The translations under genes were made by a program, and so were the position numbers. The notes beneath the pieces are model-generated. The model searched no databases and was not told the origin of the DNA. It worked only from the letters and a program-made list of their open reading frames with translations. 64,000 nucleotides of DNA, from the IMG/VR virus record IMGVR_UViG_3300027749_000044. One strand, given 5' to 3'. The stretch is from a virus. Shown piece after piece: positions 1 through 10,500 of this stretch; within the stretch, counting starts at the first letter, position 1; each line of letters opens with the position of its first letter.

Positions 1-1
1 A

Positions 2-2653
2 GTTTCGTTTACTTTGCAATCAGGTGGGTCAGGTTATACTACATCAGCCAATGTTTATGTTTCAAACACAGTACTGTTTTATTCAGGTTTGACCAATTCA
101 AATGCGGCGGTACAAACATTCACGACGATCGAAACAATCAAACAACCTTTGGCAACATTTCAATATATTTCCGCCTCAGGTCTAACAGGCAATGCATTTG
201 CCGTTGGTGCCAATGTAACCAGTTATTATGCAAACAACACAGTATCAGGCAATGGTTATATCGTTACTAGTAATAAGACTAGTAATACAAACGGAACAGT
301 TGTAATTTCAGTGGTCAATGGATCATTTTCGAATTCGGCCACGGCTTATATTACATTAACTGGTATTGCTACATCTAATGCCCAGACTGCCGGCAACACA
401 TATGATATATCTGCTTCTGGATTATTGATTGGTTCTAATACGTCATCTAATACAACAGGCGCCCTTGGTCTATGTGTTCTATCTAATACATTCATTGTTG
501 GTGGGCAATTAGTCGGACAATCGACCAATACTGTAGCCAATTTGGCCACTATATCGACCGGTTCAGGCGCCACATTTTCTGTAGGTTCATTGAATACAGT
601 AGAAACCTTGCCTCTATTCAGCGATATGACCGGCGCAAACAACAGTGCTGGTATTCCTTTCATGAATATTAAATTAGATGGTACAAACTCAAACGTCAAC
701 CATATTAGTGGCACAGGTACAATTACAGTCAATACAATTAACCAAACGGTCACTGGGACAGGCACATCCTTTATTGCAGAACTTGCCGCGCTTAATTTCT
801 CCAATGGTGGTATTGCTTCATGTAACACCACCAATACAACAGTAACTGGCACATCAGGCTTATTCACCAATATATTCCCAGGTTATATCTTATATGTAAC
901 GTCTAATGCTGCCATCATTGGTACAGTAAACAATGTCACGAATTCAACAAGCCTACAATTGAATTCAAATGCATCATATTTGCTTACGTCGAATAACATT
1001 ACATATTCAAAGAATAATATCGTTCCGGTTGCATTATATGCTGCTGCTAATGGATTATATTTGGGTACTGTCAATACCGTATTGTCTAATACATCATTGA
1101 GTTTGACTGCAAATAGTCTAGCAAATGGTTCTGGTATTACTTTCCAATATGGATATGGTGGCTATGGATTCGCCAAGAATACAGGCGCCGGGTTGTTTAA
1201 TACATTGAGTGATATATTATCTGTAGGTAACTATAATTTGGGCCCTATTGCTTCTATTTCTGGAATCAACCCTGGGTCAAATTACAATGCCAATCCTTTC
1301 GTGATGATTAGAGATAATTTGATTGCTGGTTATGATCGTAGATATTTTACTATGGCCATCGCCAATTCAACTGGCACATTTAATACAGGCGATACTTTGC
1401 AACAACAATTAGGGTTGACCGGTGTATCATTTTCGTTAGGTACAGCTACAGGAACGACCTCCAATGGTACCATTACTGCAAACAGTGCAACCAACGTGGT
1501 CACTGGCGTAAACACAACGTTTGTGGCCAATATTGCTTCGGGATATTTGATTTATGGTGCCAACACATTATTGGGAACAGTTGCTGCAATTGCAAATAAT
1601 ACGTCACTCACACTTACTTCTAACAGTGCCGCCAATGTTGTAGCAAATAGCATTCAATTTTCTTATGGTTCTACTTTTGCTAATGGTGAAGCCATTTATC
1701 AACCATCGACCAATGCATATGGTACTATCGCTGGTATAAGCGGATCTACTTACACCATCACAAATATAATCAATACATTTTCAAACACATCGGCAGTGTA
1801 TGGGTTGGCCACCAAGTTCACAGCAAATATAACTTCAACCATCTCTACACTGTCGGTGCCCGTATCTGTATTCCAAAAGGGCAAAGTGATATCAGCCAAT
1901 AGTACTTCGCTATATGTGCAACGTGTATTATTCAATACTGCTTTTATTCCTGGTGTTGCCATTACAGATTCAAATACTGCCGCTTCAGCGAATATTATCT
2001 CTGTTAATCAAGACCCAACTTCACCTCTAATGGGCAACAATGGTGTAGTGTCGGCTAACGTAACCACCTCAACAGGAATTGCAACCGCGGTTCAAATTTA
2101 TACATCAGGCTATGGATATGATCAAACAACTAGAACATGGTCACCAAACATAACATATAATGCAAATGACCGGGTATTGTACAATGGCAAGTATTATGTT
2201 GCCTTACAATCAGTGCCTTATACTACTTCATCTCCTGACATATCAACAAGCTATTGGTCACAGTATTCTGACCTTACACTATATGGCGTTACTAATACGA
2301 ATGCTCAATTGATCCAAGGTAATGCATTAATACAAAAACAAGGTGTCGGCGCAGGTTATTGGACAGATAACAGAGGCAAACTTAACTCAGACAAATATAT
2401 ACATGACAACAAATATTATCAAGAATATTCGTATGAAATCAGGTCATCCAAGAGCCTTGATAGATATGCAGACATTCTAAAGAAATTGGTCCACGTATCA
2501 GGCACACAATTGTTTGGCAATGTTGTAACTGGCTCAACCATTACAGGTATAGCAACCGCGCCTGGTGCATCTGTTTATCTTTCTAATTATCCAGCATATT
2601 TGGATTTCCAGTATGCTAACAACAGTGGGTATGCTGTTATAATTCCACTCTAA
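2..2653 (+). CDS. gp7: Baseplate wedge protein gp7-like, 5'-truncated by the window edge, with inserted beta-rich modules and a CBM5/12-like segment
   Basis: Frame is open from base 2. C-terminus GKLNSDKYIHDNKYYQEYSYEIRS..LKKLVHVSGTQLFG is typical of T4-like gp7. WSPNITYNANDRVLYNGKYYVA resembles a chitin-binding CBM5/12 motif. Lies upstream of gp8. Confidence 0.75.
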   Translation, partial: VSFTLQSGGSGYTTSANVYVSNTVLFYSGLTNSNAAVQTFTTIETIKQPLATFQYISASGLTGNAFAVGANVTSYYANNTVSGNGYIVTSNKTSNTNGTVVISVVNGSFSNSATAYITLTGIATSNAQTAGNTYDISASGLLIGSNTSSNTTGALGLCVLSNTFIVGGQLVGQSTNTVANLATISTGSGATFSVGSLNTVETLPLFSDMTGANNSAGIPFMNIKLDGTNSNVNHISGTGTITVNTINQTVTGTGTSFIAELAALNFSNGGIASCNTTNTTVTGTSGLFTNIFPGYILYVTSNAAIIGTVNNVTNSTSLQLNSNASYLLTSNNITYSKNNIVPVALYAAANGLYLGTVNTVLSNTSLSLTANSLANGSGITFQYGYGGYGFAKNTGAGLFNTLSDILSVGNYNLGPIASISGINPGSNYNANPFVMIRDNLIAGYDRRYFTMAIANSTGTFNTGDTLQQQLGLTGVSFSLGTATGTTSNGTITANSATNVVTGVNTTFVANIASGYLIYGANTLLGTVAAIANNTSLTLTSNSAANVVANSIQFSYGSTFANGEAIYQPSTNAYGTIAGISGSTYTITNIINTFSNTSAVYGLATKFTANITSTISTLSVPVSVFQKGKVISANSTSLYVQRVLFNTAFIPGVAITDSNTAASANIISVNQDPTSPLMGNNGVVSANVTTSTGIATAVQIYTSGYGYDQTTRTWSPNITYNANDRVLYNGKYYVALQSVPYTTSSPDISTSYWSQYSDLTLYGVTNTNAQLIQGNALIQKQGVGAGYWTDNRGKLNSDKYIHDNKYYQEYSYEIRSSKSLDRYADILKKLVHVSGTQLFGNVVTGSTITGIATAPGASVYLSNYPAYLDFQYANNSGYAVIIPL

Positions 2654-2682
2654 ATAACACATGACATATAATAGGAACCAAT

Positions 2683-5600
2683 ATGGCTGTTTTATCGAAT
2701 ACAATCATCTATAGTAACGTAACCCAAGGTTATAATGCGTTCTCTAACGCAATTAATAATGGTGTACTATACATGTTTGCTGGTCGTCCTTTGCCATGGT
2801 CTGTTAATGATTTGGTGCCCGATAATGTCGATGCGTCTGTTCATCTCAATCAATATCAAATATTCGACGAAATGATTTTTGGTAAAATTGTCAGTTCGTC
2901 TGATTTCTTGCCAATGGTCAATTATTATCCATGGGTATCGGGTGATACAACAATCGCTCAATTCGATGACCAAGATATTCTGTTGTACTCAAAGAAATAT
3001 TATGTAATGACTCACGAAAATGGTTATTATAATGTGTTCAAGTGCCTTAATAACAACGCCAATGCAGCATCAATATACCAACCAAAACTCAGTGAAACGT
3101 CAGAGTCGGATGAATACTATTCGACCGCAGACGGGTATCAATGGAAATACATGTATGGAATACCTGACTCAACATACAATAAGTTTGCCACAGCCACTTA
3201 TTTTCCTTTGACACCAAATGCAAACGTCGCAAAATATGCAGCCAATGGATCTATAGATGTCATTACTATTTCATCAGGCGGGTCGAATTATGTTGCCGTA
3301 ACGAATGGATATTTTACATCTATTGGTATTGGAGGCAACTCACAATTATATGCCATCCAATCTGCCGGAACAATTACAGTAAATTTCCCATACTCGAATA
3401 GCCTATTCAGTGCCGGTGAAACGGTATCACAAGCCAATAACATTGCCAATACTTCAATGACAGTCGGTGGCACAACAACCACAACATACGCCACATCTAC
3501 TGCAACTGTTGTATCTGGCAACAACACCGCGGTTGTATTAACAAATATTAGTGGCGCATTCAATACAAATACATTAATGGTTGGTGCCACATCACATGCC
3601 AACGTCACTCCAACAGCGATCATTTCTTCTGCCATATCACCAAATACAGACTTCTATACAGATTCTTCAATCTATATTGATAGTGGCACAGGCGCCGGTC
3701 AAGTCCGAAAGATTTCTCGTTATATTGTAACCGGCACACAGAATCGTGTATTGACTGACACCGCCTTTTCACCACAACCTGACCTATCATCACATTATAT
3801 AATTTCACCTAGAGTTGTAATCACAGGCGATGGATCAAATGCCTCGGCTGTTGCCTTTGTCAATACTATAACCAATAGTGTACAATCGATTAAAATGATC
3901 GGCAAAGGGTATAATTATTCTTATGCCAATGTGTCGGTAATAGGTAATACCGGATCTTCTTCACAGTATTTGAATCTCGGCATCACTAGCACCATTGGTA
4001 CATTCCAAATCGGTGAAACTGTTACTGAATCTTATACAGGCGCAACAGGCCAAGTTGTTACAGTTAATTCTACTATCATGAGCCTTACGAATATCAATGG
4101 TGTATTGTCAGGTAGTTCTAATGCGGCATCTAATACCAATTTCACTTCGGGGTCTATTATAATTGGTTCATCTTCTACTGCTACAGCCAATATATTAACT
4201 GTAGGCACATCTTCTGCCAATTGTAGGGCCATCATTTCTCCATTTGGTGGACATGGCGCCAATCCAGTATATGAATTGAATGCAAATAAAGTTGGTGTGT
4301 CTGTAACCTTTTCTAATACAGAATCAGGCACCATTACTGTTGACAATGAATATAGACGTATTGGATTGTTGGCCAATCCATTAGTATCAAACGTTGTATT
4401 GACCATCAGTTCTAATACATTCCAAGTAGGCGAAACAATAACACAAGCAGGCACAACCAATACAGCATACTCAATTTTTATTGCAAAACTAAAGACATAC
4501 ACATACAACATTGCCAACTATTCTACAATTCAATTGACCACTGCGCCTGCTATGAGTGTTGGCGATAATATATTCCAATTGTCGCCTGTGACAGCCAATG
4601 GTATTGTGGTCTCTAATACAGTTGGATCAAACAGTATCATTGTACGTACTGATACCGGATCATTTGCTAATGGTGCCACTATCTATGATGCCAACACATC
4701 AAACACTGTATATACTATTGGGTCTAGTGGTGTCAATGTCGCCAATACAACCAATATTATTGGTCTTGATGCATCGAATAGTTCATTCACATATAATACT
4801 AACACATATAGCATAGATGTAAAACTCAATAACATTCCATTGCCACAGATTGGCAATTTGCCTCTGTCATCAACAACCATCAATGGTACATTTACTGGTA
4901 ATACAAACAGCAACACTGTTACATCTACAACTTCAGTATTTGCCAATACATTCGTGGGTTATAATTTGTATTATACATCCAATGGTGCGTTATTAGGTCA
5001 AGTCGCATCAGTCACCAATGCCACATCATTACAATTAACTGCGAATGCTCCATATCTATTCACATCAAACAGTTTGAATGCAGTCATCCGCAATACAACC
5101 GTGCCTGCATATTCAGTAACAAACACCAACCTAACCATCTATAATCATCCATTGGTAGCAGGTGATGTAGTAGTAGCCAATGTTTACATTCAGACCAGTG
5201 GCATTACTAATAATTCTTACCCTCGCGCCACTGGTCTTGTTACATCATCCAACTCAACATCCATTACTATGACCAATGTTAATGGATTCTTTGTCACAGG
5301 CCAAACTATTATTGGATCGAATTCAGGCTATTCAGCCAATGTAGTAACAATATATGGCCAACCAACACCAACATTCGACCAAAGAACTCGCCTGGCCTGT
5401 ACTTATCAATCAGGCTCAAAGTTGTTTGTTGATGGGGATTATGTCCAACAAGGTTATATTGGGCTAGGTGGTGCGTTTGGTTATATTCAAGCCATCGATG
5501 CCGTACCAACTACATTTGGTAATGGTACAATATCTACGACATCCAATTCAACAGTCGTTACTGGTATCAATAGTGCATTCAATAGTGTTCTATTAGCCGG

Positions 5601-5982
5601 TTCTGCCTTGTATGTTGGTAGCAATAATGCTCTCATTGGTGTAATCGCCACTAGTGGTGTGACCAATGCCACATCTGTTACACTTACGGCAAATGCTCTC
5701 GTTACTATATCATCCAATACCTGGGTATATGCCAATACTAGTGGCAACTTCACTGTTGCGCTGACCAATGTAAAGGGCCAATTCCAATCATCGGACATAT
5801 CAGGCATATCACCAAAGTATATTTCATCAGCCGATGGCACCAAGAATATGAAAGTATTGGGTGTAATCAATCCTGCATTGATCCCATACACAGGTCAAGT
5901 AGTATATGCCGAGAATATACAGCCAGTAACTAGAGCCTCGAACCAATCCGAGACCTTAAAAATAGTAATCGCATTCCCATAA
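2683..5982 (+). CDS. gp8: Baseplate wedge protein gp8 (expanded, 1099 aa)
   Basis: LYMFAGRPLPW, VFKCLNN, TADGYQWKYMY, SPFGGHGANPVYEL, EYRRIGLLANP and C-terminal YAENIQPVTRASNQSETLKIVIAF are gp8 motifs. Confidence 0.85.
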   Translation: MAVLSNTIIYSNVTQGYNAFSNAINNGVLYMFAGRPLPWSVNDLVPDNVDASVHLNQYQIFDEMIFGKIVSSSDFLPMVNYYPWVSGDTTIAQFDDQDILLYSKKYYVMTHENGYYNVFKCLNNNANAASIYQPKLSETSESDEYYSTADGYQWKYMYGIPDSTYNKFATATYFPLTPNANVAKYAANGSIDVITISSGGSNYVAVTNGYFTSIGIGGNSQLYAIQSAGTITVNFPYSNSLFSAGETVSQANNIANTSMTVGGTTTTTYATSTATVVSGNNTAVVLTNISGAFNTNTLMVGATSHANVTPTAIISSAISPNTDFYTDSSIYIDSGTGAGQVRKISRYIVTGTQNRVLTDTAFSPQPDLSSHYIISPRVVITGDGSNASAVAFVNTITNSVQSIKMIGKGYNYSYANVSVIGNTGSSSQYLNLGITSTIGTFQIGETVTESYTGATGQVVTVNSTIMSLTNINGVLSGSSNAASNTNFTSGSIIIGSSSTATANILTVGTSSANCRAIISPFGGHGANPVYELNANKVGVSVTFSNTESGTITVDNEYRRIGLLANPLVSNVVLTISSNTFQVGETITQAGTTNTAYSIFIAKLKTYTYNIANYSTIQLTTAPAMSVGDNIFQLSPVTANGIVVSNTVGSNSIIVRTDTGSFANGATIYDANTSNTVYTIGSSGVNVANTTNIIGLDASNSSFTYNTNTYSIDVKLNNIPLPQIGNLPLSSTTINGTFTGNTNSNTVTSTTSVFANTFVGYNLYYTSNGALLGQVASVTNATSLQLTANAPYLFTSNSLNAVIRNTTVPAYSVTNTNLTIYNHPLVAGDVVVANVYIQTSGITNNSYPRATGLVTSSNSTSITMTNVNGFFVTGQTIIGSNSGYSANVVTIYGQPTPTFDQRTRLACTYQSGSKLFVDGDYVQQGYIGLGGAFGYIQAIDAVPTTFGNGTISTTSNSTVVTGINSAFNSVLLAGSALYVGSNNALIGVIATSGVTNATSVTLTANALVTISSNTWVYANTSGNFTVALTNVKGQFQSSDISGISPKYISSADGTKNMKVLGVINPALIPYTGQVVYAENIQPVTRASNQSETLKIVIAFP

Positions 5983-6036
5983 CAAGGAATTAGTTATAAA
6001 TAGAAATAACATAACGTTTTTAAATCCATTGGGGTA

Positions 6037-9000
6037 ATGACATACATGGTCAGTTCTATCACAACCAATCTTAATATTAGTCCTTATTATTCAGATTTCA
6101 ATGCCAAATCTAATTATATGAGAGTACTATTCAGGCCTAGTGTACCACTACAGGCCCGAGAGTTGACCAATCTACAGTCAATGCTTCAAAATCAAATCGG
6201 CAACTTTGCTGATAATATATTCGTTGATGGGACCATAGTATCTGGTTGTACATTTAACTTTGATGCCAATTACAATTATGTAAAACTACCAGACCTACGC
6301 ATCGATGGTCAGCCAGCACAGGTCAGCCAATATGTTGGCTTGATTGCATATGATGCCTCTTCCAATCTACAGGCAATAGTTGTTAATTCATATGATGGGT
6401 TCGAGTCACAGAACCCAGACATGAAGACACTATACTTGAAGTACCTCAATAGTGGTACATCTTCATTGGCTGCATTCACCCCATTGACCACACTGACCTT
6501 CTATTCAAATACAGTCAATAGCTCGAACTACCAGACCTCATTAGATGTAAAGGTTGCCAATACATTATCAAGCCTAGGCGTCGCCCAGAACCCAGTAGGC
6601 AAGGGTTATGCTATGTCAGTCGGCGAAGGCACCATCTATCAAAAAGGTCACTTCATCTATGTGGCTAATAACCTTACTGCCATTGTATCAAAATATATTA
6701 ATACACCAAACAATATTTCTGTTGGTTTCACCACATCAGAATCAATTGTAACCGAACTATCTGATACATCACTATTAGATAATGCCTCTGGTTATTCGAA
6801 CTATACTGCACCTGGTGCCCATAGACTACAATTGACCCCTGCTCTGACTGTATCTAACACATATGGTGTCTTTACTAACAACAGCGGCACATATGTCAAT
6901 ACAGCCGTGTCTGGTTTGCCTTCTAATAACTTCCTTTCTATTGTATCCTTTTCTGGTGGTCAACCAGTCAGAACGAATCAAGATACACAGTACAATGCCA
7001 TTGGCAATGAAATGGCCCGACGTGAATACGAATCAGCAGGCAATTATGTTGTAAAGCAATTCACACTAGGTGCCGAACCCAACCCACAAACAAAAGATTA
7101 CTTCAATGTTATTGTTGGTGCAGGCCTGGGTTATGTTGGTGGGTTTAGAATCCAACAATTGGCACCAGCCCGCTTCTTGGCTAGAAAAGGTAATGATGTA
7201 AAGAACCTCTATTCACAGAGCATTGGAACTAATTTTGGTAATTATGTCCGTGTCCAGGATATGGCAGGCATTATACCACCAGGCAATACAGTAGTACTCT
7301 ATTCATCTAATAGCCAGGGTATTACCAAAGGCGCCAATACATCTGGTGGTTATACCACCACACCAACAGGCACTGCCATTGGTACAGCACTGGTCACAGG
7401 CCTACAGTATGAAGGCGGTAACATCGATACCAATACAGCCGTGTATGATGTATATCTGACCAATATTAATATGAATAGTGGATACTCATTTGCCCAGGTC
7501 AAATCAATGGCCGCATCTAATGGTACAGCCAATACAGGTATCGCAGACCTTATTCCAGAGTATAATGCCACCCTTGCCGCCAATGTGGCAAGTATTCGTA
7601 ATCCAAACTATTCACCCCTATTGTTTACAATATCACCAGGTGGTACAAGAACCCTCGTACCAACCACAGTCAATACATCCTTTGTATTCAGATCAGCCAA
7701 TACCATTACCTTTACATCAGGTGTAGGTGCCAAGAACCTACCAGGCACATCAGTATTTGCTTATGGTAATGGAGCACTCAATCAAATACAACAAGGATCA
7801 GTTATTGTCATCCCACAGACCACAGCCAATGTGGGTAATAGTACCACCTTTGCTGGTACAGTAGCCACGACCTCAGGCCAGGCCAATATTACAGGTACCT
7901 CAACCAAGTTCACAACCCAGTACCAGGTACTTGACTATATTTTCATTGGTAATACAGTGAATAGAATCATATCTATTGCCAATGATACCTTTGCAGTAGC
8001 CGCCCAGACTATTCCTTATTCCTTTACAGCCAATACACACAACAAGACCTATCCAGCAGGTATACCTATCAACTTCCCTAATAGGTATTCCAATGTTGTA
8101 ATCACCTCGTCCAATACGATGACCATTACACTCATTAGCGCCAATGGAACCACAGAGAATACATCCTTCACAGCCTCAATACTATATGATGTACTAGCAC
8201 CAGCCAATTCGGCAACAGTAAAGACCGTGAATCAGAATGTATATGTGGCCATTGATACCGCAAAGAATGCCAACCTTGTAGGTACAGTAACCGCCACATC
8301 CACATCCAACCAAATCTCAGGCACAGGTACGTACTTCACCAATACATTACAACCAGGTTATACCTTGTATACAGGTAATACATCCAATCCAGTATTACTA
8401 GGAACCATCTCGACTATCAACTCCAACACCTCAGCCAACCTAGTAGCCAATGCCACCTCATCCATTACCGCCAATAGTATCCTATACTCGGCAGTAAACC
8501 CAGTAGGTAATACAGGCCCATGGTCATTAGGGTTCCCTGATGCCTATAACCTAAGAACAGTATTCAAAGCCAGCCAGAACACCTCATGGGCAACAACCAA
8601 TAGCTCAATATATGATGTAACATCCGAGTTCATGCTCAATACAAACCAAACAGATACAACATATAATATATCAACATTAGCAAAACAACCAGGTTCATAC
8701 CTTACAGTCCTTAATGGTGATAAACTCATTTGTATCTTTGATACCTTTACTATCGCTAATCCCAATACAACCAATTATTATACAGTGGATAGCTATAAGA
8801 TAGATGATGCCAATACATCCAATACAAGCGCCATCCAAACAGTTAACCTGCCTTGGTATAAGACTTCCGTTGGTAGTTATTTGCCATTGAAGAATGCAGT
8901 CGATTTTAGAGTTTATGTGGGAAATACCATTTCCATTAGTTCCAACGTCGCCACCGCGAGCGCCAATAGTAAAATAAATCCTAGTGGTAATAATGTGGTA

Positions 9001-10455
9001 CCAACTGGAGCAACGTGGGTGAGCCCCGTGAACAAGTTTAATTATGATATATCCTATTATTTGGGACGTGTTGATAAGGTCACGGTTAATCCATATGGCC
9101 AATTCAATATATTGGAAGGCAATCCATCAGAGAATCCAATGCCTCCTGGTGACCAGGATTCAACAATGACCATTGGTACGATCTCTATTCCACCATATCC
9201 ATCATTATTGCCAAACCAAACAGCTAATACACGTTATCCGATGCCATCGGTTGTTTATTCGGCATCCCAACCACGCCGGTATACTATGAAGGATATCGGT
9301 ACATTAGCCACAAAGATCCAAAGCCTCGAATATTATACATCATTGTCATTACTTGAATTACAAACAAAGAACCTTACAATCAAGAATACGGCAACAGGAC
9401 TCGACCGATTCAAAAATGGAATATTCGTGGATGCATTCAAGGATACTTCAAGTGCCAATATGAATGATCCTGAATACAATATTGGTAACGATATGGCCGA
9501 GAGTTCATTGATTCCTGTATTCCACCAATATAACCTTCCATTGAAGTATGATTATACTCGTAATGGATCGGCTAATACAACATCACATTCAAAGATTGGT
9601 GATCTTGTTTCATTGCCTTATACTACGACTCAATACTTGGTTCAATCGAATGCAACTCGAATCCGTAATGCGGCACCTGGGTTCTATGATTGGATTGGTA
9701 AGGCAACAGTAAGTCCTGCTTATGATAATTACATTGATAACAGAATTCCTGGTGTAACAACTATTTGTCTTCCATATATCTGTACTCCGGCAGCTGCCGG
9801 TCCTATTGCCAAATCATGCAGCGGTTCTGTAATTACTAAACAACCTGTTCCTGTGGTTATTCCACCTATTCAATGTATAACAACTTCGGTACCTTGTAAT
9901 GTTCCTACTACAACTGTACCTCAACCATATCTTGTTCCTGTTGTTTCTTATGGAGGAGCAAGTGGAGGTTCAAATGCAGGTACAGGCAATCTTAATTATC
10001 CAACTATAGTTGCCGGTGGTGGAATTGGAAACAATTGGTTGCCTAACTTTAATCTCAATGGGCCATGGAGTATTACTCCATGTATTCCTTCTATTAGAAA
10101 TGTATCGGCATGTTTCGGCATCCAAGTACAGAATCCTGATGGAACTTGGGGACCTACTTACTGTATAGTAACTGTTTGTGGTTCGACATATGCCCAATGT
10201 ATTATTCCAGGTTCATGTGGAATCAATGTGTGTAATATTGATCTCGTTGGATTACCTAATGTAAGTTGGTGTAATACTCCAGTCGTCTCAGGATGCTCCT
10301 ATTCGAATTATGGTTGCTCTGTGCCTTATACTTGCTTTGGTGGAGGCTGTTATGGCGGCTGGGGTGGAGGTTGTTTTGGTGGAGGTTGCGGTGGTTCAAC
10401 CGGTTGGGGCGGCGGAGGTCCTACTTGCCGATGTAGTTTACTCGATGAAGCCTAA
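6037..10455 (+). CDS. Virion structural protein, DUF4815/VrlC-like N-terminal part, with Cys/Gly-rich C-terminal tail
   Basis: NISPYYSDF..RVLFRPSVPLQARELTNLQSMLQNQI, APGAHRL, RYTMKDIGTL, DRFKNGIFVDAF. Start may be 6037 or 6046. Late promoter at 5995. Confidence 0.8.
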   Translation: MTYMVSSITTNLNISPYYSDFNAKSNYMRVLFRPSVPLQARELTNLQSMLQNQIGNFADNIFVDGTIVSGCTFNFDANYNYVKLPDLRIDGQPAQVSQYVGLIAYDASSNLQAIVVNSYDGFESQNPDMKTLYLKYLNSGTSSLAAFTPLTTLTFYSNTVNSSNYQTSLDVKVANTLSSLGVAQNPVGKGYAMSVGEGTIYQKGHFIYVANNLTAIVSKYINTPNNISVGFTTSESIVTELSDTSLLDNASGYSNYTAPGAHRLQLTPALTVSNTYGVFTNNSGTYVNTAVSGLPSNNFLSIVSFSGGQPVRTNQDTQYNAIGNEMARREYESAGNYVVKQFTLGAEPNPQTKDYFNVIVGAGLGYVGGFRIQQLAPARFLARKGNDVKNLYSQSIGTNFGNYVRVQDMAGIIPPGNTVVLYSSNSQGITKGANTSGGYTTTPTGTAIGTALVTGLQYEGGNIDTNTAVYDVYLTNINMNSGYSFAQVKSMAASNGTANTGIADLIPEYNATLAANVASIRNPNYSPLLFTISPGGTRTLVPTTVNTSFVFRSANTITFTSGVGAKNLPGTSVFAYGNGALNQIQQGSVIVIPQTTANVGNSTTFAGTVATTSGQANITGTSTKFTTQYQVLDYIFIGNTVNRIISIANDTFAVAAQTIPYSFTANTHNKTYPAGIPINFPNRYSNVVITSSNTMTITLISANGTTENTSFTASILYDVLAPANSATVKTVNQNVYVAIDTAKNANLVGTVTATSTSNQISGTGTYFTNTLQPGYTLYTGNTSNPVLLGTISTINSNTSANLVANATSSITANSILYSAVNPVGNTGPWSLGFPDAYNLRTVFKASQNTSWATTNSSIYDVTSEFMLNTNQTDTTYNISTLAKQPGSYLTVLNGDKLICIFDTFTIANPNTTNYYTVDSYKIDDANTSNTSAIQTVNLPWYKTSVGSYLPLKNAVDFRVYVGNTISISSNVATASANSKINPSGNNVVPTGATWVSPVNKFNYDISYYLGRVDKVTVNPYGQFNILEGNPSENPMPPGDQDSTMTIGTISIPPYPSLLPNQTANTRYPMPSVVYSASQPRRYTMKDIGTLATKIQSLEYYTSLSLLELQTKNLTIKNTATGLDRFKNGIFVDAFKDTSSANMNDPEYNIGNDMAESSLIPVFHQYNLPLKYDYTRNGSANTTSHSKIGDLVSLPYTTTQYLVQSNATRIRNAAPGFYDWIGKATVSPAYDNYIDNRIPGVTTICLPYICTPAAAGPIAKSCSGSVITKQPVPVVIPPIQCITTSVPCNVPTTTVPQPYLVPVVSYGGASGGSNAGTGNLNYPTIVAGGGIGNNWLPNFNLNGPWSITPCIPSIRNVSACFGIQVQNPDGTWGPTYCIVTVCGSTYAQCIIPGSCGINVCNIDLVGLPNVSWCNTPVVSGCSYSNYGCSVPYTCFGGGCYGGWGGGCFGGGCGGSTGWGGGGPTCRCSLLDEA

Positions 10456-10500
10456 ATCCATCTAGATACTTAACATAGAAATAAAGAAAAGGAATATAAC

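Noticed and set aside
10453-10500. Simple stop read-through joining the two DUF4815 ORFs
   Set aside because: There are two in-frame TAA codons and the second ORF has a separate RBS.
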